A DNA stretch of 64,000 nucleotides from Guillardia theta CCMP2712 (lineage: Eukaryota; Protista; Cryptophyta). Shown here piece after piece: positions 22,852 through 36,184 of this stretch. The translations under genes were made by a program, and so were the position numbers. A model generated the notes under the pieces. It had not been told where the DNA came from. It worked only from the letters and a program-made list of their open reading frames with translations, and made no database searches. The stretch spans positions 481,925-545,924 of the forward strand of contig NW_005434645.1 in assembly GCF_000315625.1 (NCBI RefSeq). Reading direction: 5' to 3'. The stretch's first letter is position 1. Every line of letters starts with the position of its first letter.

Positions 22852-24311
22852 TATGGAGCTCGGAGAGATTCCCATGCTTCAGTCAGAGACCTATCTCCTC
22901 CCTCCCTCCCTCCCTCCCTCCCTCCGAGGCTCCCTTCCTAGTCATCGGTACTTCTTTGCTCCGGCAGCACTGGCACTTTCCAGGGCCAGCAGGAAGCGCA
23001 AGCAGGGGAAGCCAAGGACAAAGGCACCTGCGAACCAGGAGAGCTCTATGCTCCAGTGAGCTGTCTGCTGCCCATCGCCTCCTCCGCTCCCTCACCATTC
23101 AGGGTGCCTGCTTTAAGTTTCCTGGCCTTGACAAAGGCAACCTGGAAGCAGAGGCTCTCAGTTGGTCCAGCAAGGAGGCCGCACGCGTCTCTCACGCAGG
23201 CTTCGAGCAAGTGAGCGGCCCAGGCTGAGAGCAGGAGGACCTTGAGGGCGAGTTGGGACCTGAAGATGGCGAGCCCGAGCCCTCTGATCGGCTCTGACGA
23301 AGGATGAGGAGGAGGCAGCAAGTAACTTGGAGGACTCACCGAGGACTCCTAGGTCACTGGAGGGATGCGCCAGGGCGATGACGGGGAGAACGACGACCAT
23401 CATGACCACCTTGCAGCCGTCAGCAGCAGCAGCGATGAAACCACAAGCGCACGATCAAGGCCTCGAGGATCCCAGTCTCAAACCTCACGTGCAGATACTT
23501 GCGGGCTACCTCCATCACTCCTGCTCTTGTTAAGTCGCGGACGTGCGAGGCTGAGCCTCTGACCTCGCGGAGAGTCCGAGGCATATAGCATGCGGACCTT
23601 GTTTGTCTGCCGTCTGTGTTAGGAGAAAAGTGGTTTCAACCCTGCCGTTTCCAACCTCCCCCGACGGCAGCGTGTAGCTGACTATGAAGCCCTGCTCGTC
23701 GTCTTGAGATATCTCAGCTCTGCTCAATCGTCAGCGCACATCTCTCTCCCTTCTCACTAGCAACTTGGTCGCACTCCTGGATCCCCTGCTCCAGGCGATC
23801 GCAAGGGCTGCATGCCCTGACGCGCCCGATGTCTGCGACATCTGCAAGCAGAGTTAGCGATGCTCGCACACCAGGACAAGGAGGCCGGCACAAGGCAAGT
23901 GACAGGTATGTAAGAGTGAAGAGCCTGAGAGAGCTAGCGGAGAAACGAAGGGGCACAGAGCTGACGATTGGTACCAGTTGGAGGATGAAGAGGGGGGGGA
24001 GGAGGAGGAGGACGAGGAGGACGACGACGACGAGGAGGAGGAGGAGGACGAGGACGAGGACGAGGAGGAGGACGAGGACAAGGACAAGGAGGAGGAGGAG
24101 GACGAGGAGGACGAGGACGAGGAGGAGGAAGAGGAGGAGGAGGAGGACGAGGACGAGGACAAGGAGGAGGAGGAGGAGGACGAGGACAAGGAGGAGGAGG
24201 AGGACAAGGAGGAGGAGGAGGAGGAGGAGGAGGGAAGTTGAGAACATATGGGTGACGAGGAGCAACTTCGATGCGTGTAGAGCATTTTTGCAAGGGGAAT
24301 CGGTAATTTAA
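22852..24311 (+). CDS. Hypothetical multi-exon protein with possible Zn-finger (HIACGPCL) followed by acidic low-complexity tract
   Basis: Short exon-like ORFs with Cys/His motifs; whether the GAG/GAC tract is coding is uncertain. Confidence 0.3.
23980..24235. repeat. (GAG/GAC/AAG)n low-complexity repeat
   Basis: Direct reading. Confidence 0.9.
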
Positions 24312-24523
24312 AAGGAAGTGGTACCTTAAGCGACAAGCGTGTGGGATATGCGCCCGCTGGAAGACGCTGTGGTGGAACGACCGAAGTGGTGGTGATGGAG
24401 GAGGGAAGGGGGACGAGAAGAGGACACGACGAGGAGAGGAGAGGAGAGGAGGAGGAGGAGAAGGAGGAGAGAAAGAGGAGGGAATGAGTTAGAGACCAAG
24501 GCGGGAAGAGGAGGAGATCCGCT

Positions 24524-27200
24524 ATGAAACCACGCCCTGTGGGAAGCAAGAAACCGTCGGAGGAGGGGGAGAGAAAGAAGGAGTCGAGGGTTCTGATCCT
24601 GCTTCTACTCACCTTTGCGGCTGCAATGGCATCATGCTCGACCTCGTTCCCTCCTCGACACTCTTGCCTCCAACATCGAGCGACGGTTGGGCTGAGGCTG
24701 CGAGGGGGGAGGCCGAAGAAAGAACGCGATCCTGACATCTTGATGAGCAACATGCTGCGATCCTGCATCAAGAATAATGTCAAGCTCTTTCATGACATGA
24801 TGCATGCGGTTAACTTGCTGCAGGTGACAGCGAGTACCCCATGGCATGATTTGATGCCCAAGGGCGAAAGAGACAGAGACCCACTCAAGACGGAGTTCGA
24901 GGAGCTGAAGCAGGAGACGCGAGATAAGTCTAAGATCTGCTATCGATCTCTGAACTGGAAGCTCGTGAGAAAGTCCGTGCTGTGTATCACGATCGAAGAC
25001 GACCATACTAGACAAGCGGTCGGCAACATGCGGGTGAAGGGAGGGAGGAGCTTTGACACTTGGATGTTACTTGCAGATCATGGACATAAGAGATGAATTT
25101 GACAAGGAGAATGTGCGATGGAAGATCCCGACAATTATCTTGTTTCATTCATTCTTCGAACGCGAGGACTGCCATGAAGCTGGAGAGGTGATTTCTCTCG
25201 TTAGTGTTGCATGCTGTGTGAACCGATATGAAAGGCGCTGGAGCAAGAGCTCAAGACCTTGGAGACTTGCAGCATCACCTTCACAGGAGTGCGAACAGGT
25301 ACAAATTGTTGATGAGTGGTAAGATGATGGACTGATCCCACGAAGTCAACCGTGGGAAATACGCTCACTTGCAGTTGCTGGTAGATAAAGATGCCAATGG
25401 TGAGAGTGCAGTCGGATTCAACATTCTCACTTTTCCTCGAGCAGAGTGGATCAAGCGGTTGCGGAGAAGAGTCGTCAGCCGCTTTCCCTCCTTGGAGCCT
25501 CTAGAAGAAGTCTTCATGGCTCGGCAGCACATCTCCTCCTCACCCTCGTCGCAGGTAGACGAGGTCCCTTACGTCCCGCACGTTCAAATCGGCACCTTCG
25601 ACAGCGTGCGGGAAGCGGAGGCAAAGAGGGCAAATTTTGAGGTCTGTCTTGTCTTTGAGTGCCCATTGAGCTCATGAGAATGTTTCAGCAACGATTGATG
25701 AATCTAACGATGGAGGCGAACAGCGTTTCGATATGCTGTCACAGGTTTGTTTGATGCTTGCAAAACCTGTCATTGAATCACCTCACAGCGCAATGAAGTT
25801 CGAGGTGTTTTCTATCTTCAGGTATGACCGCGGGCGCCTTTGTAACTGCAGGTGTGAATTCGTTCTTCCAATCATTTGCGTGCAGAGATATTCCAATCAG
25901 CGGTCAGAACTATCTCAAGTTCCGAGAGAGTGAAGCGGAAGAAGAGCTGCATGTGTTCTCTGAAGCAGAGGAGAACCTCGATTCCTCCGAGCATGCGGAC
26001 GTGGCGATTGTCAAGGTACTCCATTCTCTTGTTTCTTGACGCTCTCAACAAGTGTAACGATGCAAACAGCGATGGAACCCGATCACCAAGAAGTTTGAGA
26101 ACGTTGGAGGCGATTTCCTGAGTCTTGAAAGTGCTCGCAAGGTTGTCTTGGCTACGTATTTTTTGCTGTGACCCTCGATATCAGGACAAAGACGATAAAG
26201 ATCTGATTGAGTTCAAACTCAAGGCGGAGGACGGCGCTCGGTTGTTCATGCGGCAGCCTTCGAGGTACGACGGTGGCGGACGAGGAGGGAATTGAGAGTG
26301 CAACCAGGAAATATGAAGAGATCAAGAACTCCATCCCGTTCGAAGTGAAATGAAAGAATATGATGGACAAAGAGGCTGATTTATGTCAGGTTGTCGAGAG
26401 AATCAGAGATCTAGTATCAGAGTTTGACGGCCAGCCTCTGACCAAGCTCGTCAAAGCGTAACATCAGCTTGTTTTGTCCCTGCTCCTCTGCAGCTGAAGT
26501 CCGTCTCTCTACAGGTACCAAAAGCGGCACAAGAGCAGCCTGAAGAAATTCGTTGAGTCCATGAACATGACGAAAGTGAGCAAGCTCTTCAAGTAAGGGA
26601 GGCGACAACCGCCGCTCTCTCGTTTGATCGCCTCCAGATACCTCAAAGACATTGGGCACCTTTCACGTCACTCCGGCTTCCTCATCGTGCACAAGAAGGT
26701 CTGGACGTCTCGCTGCCGCCCGTGGCCGCGTCCTGACCCCCTTGCAGATCTCGCGAGAGCTGAAGGCTAAGAATGCCAAGAGAGCAGACCTGAGAAGGTG
26801 GATATGAAGTTTCACTTGTCTCTATGACATGTCGTACCCCAGGCGCCTCAAGGCCATGAAGGCCAGAGACAAGGTGGGAGGATGCAGAGAGTAAGTCTGG
26901 GTCCAGCTGCTGATGCCATGGCAGACGGAGAAGGAGGAGCTGAAGAAGGTGAAGGAGAAGATGGAAGTGGCCGAGGAACGAGTCATGCGCAACTTCCGCA
27001 AGCGACTGTCAGACAGAGACAAGCGCATCCTTGATAAGAAGATGGCCAAGGTAAGGAGCTGGTTCTCCTTGTTTCTCTGTAAGATTGCCTGCTCACAGAT
27101 GCGTCAAGAAAACGAAGAGAGTGCGTCTAACATCGAAGATCCTCAGCTTCGAGACTTGTACAAGCGGTTTGATCCGGATCCCAACGAAACTTGGGATTAA
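24524..27200 (+). CDS. Hypothetical multi-exon protein with hydrophobic leader and LRLRGG motif
   Basis: ORF 24524-25096 (VLILLLLTFAAAMASC...LRLRGG); chain of + strand exons ending DPDPNETWD* at 27200. Confidence 0.55.
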
Positions 27201-27344
27201 TGAAAGCGACCTAATTCATTCTTGTCTCACATCTTTACTTCCATTACCAGTATACACGATCTTGCAGCTCTCCCAAGATCTCCCATTAGCTTGTCACACG
27301 TTTGTGCAGTTCTCGATCAATGTTGAGCCCTGGGCAGTGTTACT

Positions 27345-28729
27345 TTGAGTCGAGAGGAACGGGAAGTTACCTCAGGGCTCGTCAACCCAGCCGGGCAAGA
27401 AGTGCAGTTGATTGCCCCGAAGAAAGCATTGTACTTACCGGCCTCACACACCGTACAATTGACAGCAGCAAATATCCCCGAGTACGATCCTGGACATGCA
27501 TTACCGAGGATCCTTCACTCGTAACCCCTCATCCCTCAACGCTTTACCTGGCCCACAAGCCATGCATGTCGTTGCGCTCTCCATGTCTGAATACTTGCCG
27601 GGTTCGCACGATGTACAATTGTCATTGGATGTTGAGTTGTAGAAACCTGCCGATTCAATGAATTTGCGAGTCTTTCACATTGCTCGCCACCGTTCGGACA
27701 TGACAGGCAGGCCGTCAGCCCGGTGATTGGATGAAACTTCCCTTGTTGACATGGCAGACACTCAGCACTTGGCTGCGGATCTGAAGCGATGATGTTAGGA
27801 ATGTGTCGTTCTGATGTAGCAACACCACCTGGACAGTCATTGCAAGTGGTAGAAGCATACTCAGCAGAAAACTTCCCAGCGGCGCATGGAGGACAGAGAG
27901 CTGTTGCAGTCTGGTTGCTGTAGGATCCTAGATTGTTTGCATGTAAGTAGAAGCAGAACGTGCAGGACAGTAAGACACCTGGCTCACAACGCCTGCAGGT
28001 CGACGAGGAAACGGAACTAGCATACGAACCGACGGCACATTCATAACATGTTGTCATGGCAAACCCGGCAGTGTAGTGACCTGAAGACAATGTCTCTCAG
28101 TTGTTCAGTACTTTACTTCCAGTGAAACCTCGATCGCAGGATGTACAGGCTATGGTTCCATCAGAGAACGTCCCGGGTTCACAACGCAAGCAACCCAACG
28201 GCGATCCTGTAGTCACCGAGTGTCAAAGAATAGACTTTAGTGAAGGGCAGGCGATAGTTTTGAGGAATCCCGTCTGACCTTCATCCGCCCACCATCCGAG
28301 GTCGCAGTCCTCGCACCCGCTCACTGCAGCTACAAACTTCTTTGTCTTCCCCGCAGGACAACTGGTGCATTGATTCGGCAGGGGAGTGTCGAGCGGAGCA
28401 TACTTCCCTGAGGGGCAGTAGTAGCATCTCCTCCTCCCATCGTGCTTGACGATCTTCCCCAGAGGACAAGTCATGCATGTCGAGCTTCCTGCTAAAGAGA
28501 TTTTCCCCGCCAGGCAGTCAAGGCAGACTGGGAAATCGTGGCAGTAGTTGATCTGGAACTTGCCAGAGGAACAAGATACGCAGGAGCCCGTGCTTTCGTT
28601 CTTCCTCCTCCCAGCCCCACAAAGACCCTCCTCGCACAAAACTCCTCCTCCTATCTGAGCTCCTCTTGCCATCGTCACGCTAAGGATCGCCGTCAACCAT
28701 AGTCGCGCCTGCATTGCGGCAAGGGGCAT
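27345..28729 (-). CDS. Secreted Cys-rich repeat protein (GCC2/GCC3, TNFR/ephrin-receptor-like C-x2-C-x2-G repeats)
   Basis: Signal peptide; repeats such as CVSCSSGKF, CMTCPLGK, CYECAVGSY, CLPCQQGKF; 3' end approximate. Confidence 0.8.
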
Positions 28730-28889
28730 CCACCAAGTGACTTTTTTCTTCCCGGGGTTCTTTCACACCCGGAGCCGGACCAGCGGGCCGCCGGGAATTA
28801 TCAAACCCATGATACTGATCACTACTAGGCTGATCACTACTGATCTTCCACTCAAACTTTTCATTAAGTTAAAAGCTAGTACGAGGACA

Positions 28890-28971
28890 ATCAGGAGAGT
28901 CGAGGAGGCTTGACCCTGACACTGTCGCACAGGCCAAACGGCGAGAAGAGAAAGACAGCGAGAACCAAACC
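28890..28971. repeat. 82-bp dispersed repeat copy 2 (degenerate third copy at ~29147-29196)
   Basis: Matches 7828-7909; preceded by a degenerate dyad site and AGTACGAG as in copy 1. Confidence 0.9.
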
Positions 28972-29605
28972 CAATCCTGCCGACTGCTGTCCCCCAAACT
29001 GATCACTGACTTCCTCCTTTAACTTTTTGTCAACAACTACTACTAGCTAGGCTTGAAGTCCGATCTTCATGCCGGAAAGCTTGAAAATTTCCCAAAATCA
29101 AATCATCACGAGGACGATCGAATGACTCAGGAGAGTCGAGGAGACTTCAGTGACCCTGACAAGCCACACGGCGATGCTATGAAGAGTTAGATGAGGTTGA
29201 CTCGGAAGTTCCGTAACTTGAAGTTCAGGGTGACTCTTCAGTTGCCAGCCGCACTGGCAGAACGCCGGATTTGTCATGACACAGCGGGCAGCCAGGTACT
29301 GAAGCTGACATTTCGTGTATTCATCACTTCAATAGTTTTTTTAGTTGAGTCTTTCAGCTAGACTCTGGATACACTCAAGGCATATCATCTTTACCTTCAA
29401 ACATGTACATATGTTATCTCAAAAATGACAAGACATGGAACGAAACAAGGCCTCAGGCTGATTAACATTCGACGAAACTTCCGAAAAGCTTCGTAGGACA
29501 GGAAAAGGTGTCCGTTGCACACCCAGTCAACTGAGTCAGGATCCCTGATCGAAGCAATGCACGACAATTGTAGATTTCCTGCTCAGCGTTTGCTCTAGTA
29601 TCGTT

Positions 29606-29684
29606 CACAGGCCATCAATGTTCATCTGATCTTACAGGCCATCAATGTTCATCTGATCTCACAGGCCATCAATGTCCATCTGAG
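29606..29684. repeat. 27-bp tandem triplication
   Basis: acaggccatcaatgt(t/c)catctga x3. Confidence 0.9.
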
Positions 29685-30347
29685 CTCTCGCAACCGAGTT
29701 ACTAAACTTTCTCTTTGCCTCCAGGATATTCGACAGGCAGCTGTCCTTATCCAGCCGGTCAGCCTTTGAGTCAGACTGCACTGACATGCGATCCTTGATA
29801 GCCTCGAGGTACTGCTCCTGCCCTGGGTTGAGTCGCAGTCTTGGGACGGCCTTGCGAACGTCTGAAGTAACTGAAAAGCCTTCAATGCAGATGCGGGAGG
29901 CCATCGTTGAAGCTAGTCTTGACGTACTTCTTCGTTCCAATCTTCTCCTTCCCGTCAGTCTTCGTTGTTTTAATTGTTCTACTTGTTCAGTTCTCGTGTC
30001 CTCGTGTCCTCGTGTCCTCGTGTCCTCGTGTCCTCGTCTCGTCTCCTCGTCTCCTCGTCTCCTCGTGTCCTCGTCTCGTCTCCTTGTCTCCTCGTGTCCT
30101 TGTCTCCTCGTGTCCTTGTCTCGTCTCCTCGTCTCCTCGTCTCCTCGTGTCCTCGTCTCCTCGTTCTCCTCGTCTCGCTGTGGCGTATCTCGGTCTGACC
30201 GCTTGCTTGCAGCTCTTTGAACGTCCGTCTTCTCTTCCCTCTCGTGACCTCTCAGCCTGCCTTCTAGACACGGCACATGACCGAGATCTCCTTCGGACCG
30301 TGTGTCCGTGACCACCTGTAGGCCCCCACACCTGTCACATGGGCATC
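29659..30347 (-). CDS. Hypothetical protein (3' exon 29659-~29950 most credible)
   Basis: Normal-composition C-terminal part of ORF 29659-30399; middle is a simple repeat, probably intronic. Confidence 0.35.
29992..30176. repeat. (CTCGT[G/C]TC)n 8-mer minisatellite
   Basis: Direct reading; explains the low-complexity ORFs on both strands. Confidence 0.9.
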
Positions 30348-30391
30348 CAATCACACCTCCGAGCGGTTGAAGATATGTATCGATTCGTTTC

Positions 30392-32456
30392 ATGATCACT
30401 TTACCACACGGAACATATGTTGTAAAGAGGTATAAGGCACAGAGGGCGTCGCAGGTTCAGCGGGAATGGTTTCTGAGCGGGGCAAGAAGGTCACATCGCG
30501 CTACGACAATAGCGGAGAAGAGGATTTCTTACACGGCTACCGAGGTAGATGGCATCGGCCATGCATACTTGAGCTGCTGACTTGACCTATTGCATCAGAG
30601 ATCGGATCTGAAAGCCCTTCCCTTCTGCTGCTGGAACAGGTTGTGAGCGCTGCGTTGTTTCCATGGCGAACCCCTTGAACTGATTCATGGCAGGCGATTC
30701 AAGAGATAAGAGATGGCGAGATGTATCATCGAAAAGCTTCTTTCTCCCTGCCTCACTCGACCTCATTAGGTATCCGATCTCACCGAAGATTTTCCTGCTA
30801 GCAAGCTATGGTATCCCAACCCAGTACGACAACTCAAGGTCTGTACCTGGAGGGTGCTACCTTATGACTGCTCGTCTAGATATGCAATTGTAGATCTCGA
30901 CGAGTTTCTTGTGTACTTTCCGTTTGCTCAAGACTTTGGGCCCGTCGATGCCAGGTGCTGCGATGGAGTTCAATTTCGACTTTAAGTTCCTCATTCTGTC
31001 ACAGTTGCATCATTCGTTTCTGCCAATCTCTAACAAGAATATTGAGATGTCACAGCAACAAGGTTCAGTGTTCCCTGGTGGTGTTGTTCTTTTGTCTCTG
31101 ATTTGTTAACCATAGACGATTATCTTAAGATCCCCTCCCACTGCCGCGAGCATCACTAACGCCGTTCTGCTCATCGGCGCCTACGAGGTCAATGCTTGTC
31201 GAGGCTGCTTATCCATCAGTCAGTCCATGACCCATCTGTCTGAACCTTTACCGACAGATCTTATGCCAGTCATCATCATGCCGCGAGGCCTGTCTGTCTT
31301 GCCGGAGTGTTCCTTCCTCCCTCCTTCTTCCCTACCTTGACGGTTGGTTCGCTACCACCCGACCCTGTCCATGATGCGTGCACAGCAACCCGCACAGGAT
31401 CATGCTTGCTTCCTCACAAGCATGTGCTGGCAGGGCTGCAGAAAGCGCATGTGAGTGCTGCAGCACAACACTGACAGTCGCGGCTGATCCTGTTGCACAG
31501 GAGCAGGGCTGGCTTGAAGGAATGATGACAAATGTCTGGGAGCTCGAGGTAGCGTAAGCGCGCACGTCCTCCCACGAGACTGACAAGAGGAACAGGAGTA
31601 CGAGCACTATGCCGACCCCCTCAACGGTGACATCAACGTCATCATCCCCCACAAGCTTCTCGCTCTTCAGGTTCAGGCTTGCAAAACATCCTCTCAACGT
31701 GACCTCTGCTGACCTGCCGCTTTCAGAGCCCGACAGACAGGATTCCAGATGGCCAAGAGTGGACAGACGAGGGCTACGTGCGCAAGGTGATGGGGAGAGG
31801 TGGCATGCGAGGGACTAACGTGAGCCCTTCAGTTTCATCCCAAGTTTCTCCTCCGAGCCTTTCAAGCGATGGACGTCAAGTGCGTGGTCCGCCTCAACGC
31901 CAGTCAGTATGACCCCAAGATCTTCACGGTGAGAGAGGCGCAAGTATTCGTGTCTTGCTCAAGTGCGAGGCAGGACCGCGGGATCCAAGTGGTCGACCTC
32001 TTCTGCTCCGACTCGCCCGTGCCCTCCACTCAGATCATCTTTCGCTTCATTCAGCTCGTCGAGAAGGCCTGCGGCCTCGTGGCTGTTCACTGTGACAACG
32101 GGCTTGGACTCACTGGCTGCATCATCGGGACTTACCTGATGGCCATGCGTGGCTTCACTGCGAAAGAAGCTGTCGGATGGATACGAGTCATGCGTCCAGG
32201 ATCTGTTCTTGGGGCGCAGCAAGAGGTGAAAGCCTGCTGGGAGGCAGCTGGAGGCGCTGACAGAGACTAACGTGGTGCTCAGTTTCTCGAGAGCCATGAG
32301 CATGCGATGCAGAGGGCGGGGATGGTGATGGAGACGCGGAACGAAAAGATACCAGGGGAGGCGGAGGAAGCAGTCAGTTTGACGAGCCTTGAGGTTTTAC
32401 AATCAAGTCCATGGTGACCTAGATGCTTACGCTTTTGTGATTGCTGATAACACGTG
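30392..32456 (+). CDS. Cdc14-like dual-specificity phosphatase, probable pseudophosphatase
   Basis: DFGP, YEHYADPLNGDINVIIP, VVRLN..YD..F, AVHCDNGLGLTG, EAVGWIRVMRPGSVLGAQQ; both ends approximate. Confidence 0.8.
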
Positions 32457-33619
32457 CAGGAGACGACAAACAAACCCCTCACTTGCTGTGATGGATCTGA
32501 TAGATCACCACTGAAAATTTCATGTGACATTATGTAACTGCCATGTATGTAGCTTCGGAATCGTGTTTGATGGTTTTAAACATGTTCCAATCTGTAGTTT
32601 ATCCTCATCATCGGTGGGAGATGAGAGCTTAGTCCAAGAGATTGGACTAGAAGCCCTTACAAGGGTGTGTAGATTAGATGGAATGATGACAACTGATGCA
32701 GAGACTCAAAAGATAGAAAAAAGGCTACACACACTCAAAATTCAAACAGATCAGGTCAGTTGATCACGAAACATCATGACTTGATCTAGTGCCTGTTCTG
32801 GTTTACGGTTGGAAATAATTCCAAGTGACGAAAATGCACGAACGAATCAACATCATGCCGTCGGTTCACACCTCATATCGCAAGAGTCCCCTATTCGCAT
32901 CTTCAACACTTGAACACCACGTCTCCTGCCTCCAGATACCCCAGTTAGATGCACCTTGGCTTGAGGAGGTTTGACAGCATTCCTTCCGCCAGAGATGTTA
33001 GCTGATTGTTGTTTTGAAGAAGTGATTGCAAGTTTTAGAGCCCTACGAAGAAGTCGTAGATTCGAAGAGTGTGCATGCTTGAGGGGTTCGCGAATCAAGT
33101 TGGAGGAAGGCTTAAGAAATGATTTGAGAAGAGTCGTATCTCGATCATGCATGAAAGCCTGTCAACTCCCCGAGAGAAGCTGGACATATTGTCATAGGAG
33201 AGATCCAAGGACTGCAAGCTTGAAAGACCTAAAAATTTAGCAAAAACTTCATGTGAAACAGACTTGATCGTCGACCAGGTCACGTTCAATCACCAACAAC
33301 TGCTTGCACAGCTTCCTTGTCTCGTCAGGGTGCCGGCAACAGACACAACAAACGTGCAAGTACCACATGTGATGCCTCCAACTTCTTTCATGCTTCAGCT
33401 CGCAGCCAACATGATCACCAGCAACAGCAGTGACCATTGGGACAAAATTTAGGGTGATTGGGTGGACCCCTTACCAAAAGACAGAAGAACACTTCAAAAA
33501 ACAGCTCTAGATAAGATTTCAATGCCGAGATCATCATATACTCTAGGAACGATCATCCACTTTCATTAGCAGTAGTGTTCGATCAGCTTCCGTCAACAAG
33601 ATCGGGTACGTCTCTGACT

Positions 33620-36184
33620 TCACTCGTCGTGATATCTCATCTTTGCTTCATATGTCACATCGAAACGACTGCCAGGGGCAAGTCCGCTGACAAACTTGAC
33701 GAAATTAGAGACTCCCTGCCGCATCATGGTCAGCCTTTCATACTTCTCTAGTCTCCTCTTCGCCTCCCCCTCCCCCTCTCACACCTTTCTCACTCCTCCT
33801 CTGCCTCCTCTGTTCCTTCTCCTTCCTTCTCACCCATTCGTTTCTCCCTCTTCCCCTTATGCTGGACTCACCTCATCTCTGAGAGCGATGAACAAGCTGT
33901 TGTTGCAAGCAGTCGCCTAAGACATTGTCAGCTGATCTCTCTTGCATCTCTGCAGCACCTGAGCGAAGGGCTCATCGTCCTGCTCTTCTTCGCTCTTGCT
34001 TTCTCCCTGCATCGTGTCATGGGCCTCATGAATGAGGTCAGTTACCTTTTGCGATGCTCCTCCTTCATAAATGATGTAGGGCTTGTAATCATCCTGCCCG
34101 TTCATGTCAGGAGATCAGCTGACGTGTTTTCCATCACCTTGGCGACGAAGCTAGCATATCCTCCGATCAACGAGCTTTGCCACATGTCTGACTTGCTCTG
34201 ACACATCTCTCTGTCTTCACTTGCGACTGCAGAGCTGCCGTTGTTTTGCTGCTTTCGCCGGACTCCTGTTGATCTGCATCGTCGACGAAACACAGGGTTG
34301 CATCTAATCTCATTTCCTGGCCCGAGATATGACCAGCTGCTTGTACGTAGTCAAGCCCGGGGCGAAATCTTCGAATCAGCGATCTTGCTTCTGTCACCAA
34401 CACGCTGAATGCCCAAAAGAAAACCATCACTACCGCACAAGCTAGAGAACAGATGGAAAGAAGCAAAAGCTACCCAGTGAAAGCAGAAACGAGCTTGGCG
34501 AAGGCATCAGAAGCGAAGAGTTTCATCTTCAGGTCCATGAGAAGCTTTGCTGACTCATCTGCCCCTTCTTTTCTTCAGCCTTAAGAGTTAGATATCGACG
34601 GCAATTGCTTGGCCCTGTAAGATGCCAGCCATTGGAAACACCCTCAGTATAGCTCACGCGCTTGTTTTCCTTGTCTATACTGTTATCCAATTGAAACAGG
34701 TATTTCACGTGCTTCTGGACAAGAACACACTTCAGCTTCCATACACGTTCAATCATCACGATTGCCTTCAGCTCGTTTGCTACGAGGAAATCCTTCAGCT
34801 CAACAAACGAATCTTCTTCAAACTGTGAGCTGATCTGCGAGATCACTTCTTCATCCAGGTACCTGCACATTGTCAGGGGACATCCGGATCTTGAAAGGTT
34901 ACTTGGGGTTGACGTATTGAGACAGAAATTCCTTCTCCTCCTCGTTGATCTTTGAGTCACTCGAATGCTTCAAGAATTCTCCAGCTCCCACTAGAGCATC
35001 TTCCGTGCCTGGAGGAGCTTCTTTCCTCCCGTCTTGGCTATCAGAAGATCTGTGGAACCATCCTGGTGATAAACGTGAGCCCTTGAGACGAAGAGGAGCA
35101 GGCAGTGAATGTTCCACCTGCCAGGCAGAGCAATGTCTTGTCTGGAACACACACCTCCTGGAATCCGAAGAAATGCCCAGCTTCGAAGAGAAGCTAACAA
35201 GTGTCAGAGTTTGTCAAGTACACTTGAAGGGCACCATAGAGTTCCATTTCGGGGCGATCAACTTGGTGGGGATACAATCAGCTCCTCCTGTGGTCATCAC
35301 GCCTTAGACGCAACACCTGCAGGGCATCAAGGACCTTGCTCGCTCTGAGGATAGAGCTCGAGAAACCCCCCGTCCGACTCCCCCCACTCCTCTGACTCGG
35401 GCGTCATGAACAGAAGGAAGCCGATCGCTCTGGAGCCAGTCAGCCTGACGTTGGAGGTCAAGAGGCTAGGGAAGCACAGGACATTCCCTCATACCACATC
35501 TCATTGTTTGGGAGAATGTGGCAACCCTCGTTCAAGATGTACGCCGAGAAATCCACCTGCGGATCGCACCATCATCAGTCTCATCGCTCTTCGTACTCTC
35601 TCAAAATGCGCACCTTGTCCGACAGTGCTGCTGAACCAGTGATCTCCTGAACAGATCGGAGAAACTCCTCACCGTATATCGTTTGCTTCAAGGCCATAAT
35701 CTTGCAATGACATGCGATTACCGAGCACAGAAGTCATAGGATGCAGTAGCATACCTTCTTGATCGTTTGTAGCTCGTTATCATCCACGTCCTGAAAGTTT
35801 TTGGTCTGGTAAACTTTGAAGCTGCATCGAAGTAAGAATCGTCAAGCTTTCCCCCAAGAACAATGACCAATCGCTTTCTCTAAGGTCAGCCTTCATGTTC
35901 TCAAGGGCCTGGTCGAGCGCACCCTTGAGAGTCTCGGGGTTGCAAACATTCTGAATCAGAATGTGCTTGAATGGCTTACATTCCGTGTATTCCTTTTGAA
36001 ATTTCTGAACACTCTCAGCGGAAAACATGTTCTGATCGAAGAAAGATGCCTAAACAATTAGCACAGGTATGTCACGTATGCCATCATGTCTGGCAGCATT
36101 GAATCTTACATTTTCGACCTCCTTCCGCTCTTCTTCTCGCCTGCGCTTCGCTACAGATCCGATTCCTTTCGCTCCTCGCTTCAT
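33620..36184 (-). CDS. OGFOD1/Tpa1-like prolyl hydroxylase homologue, iron ligands apparently lost
   Basis: PFKHILI, DGGFLELYP, PKWNSM, GWFH, FLSQYVNP.YL, GW.LTGP...RRY, GGYASF, FVKFVSGLAPGSRFD. Confidence 0.75.

Noticed and set aside
23714-24783. Poly-Leu/Ser/Pro/Arg ORFs
   Set aside because: Frames of a GAG-type simple repeat.
29786-30331. Several overlapping repetitive ORFs
   Set aside because: Products of an 8-mer minisatellite.
32524-33452. Possible + strand gene
   Set aside because: Short ORFs, no recognisable domain, no confident exon chain.
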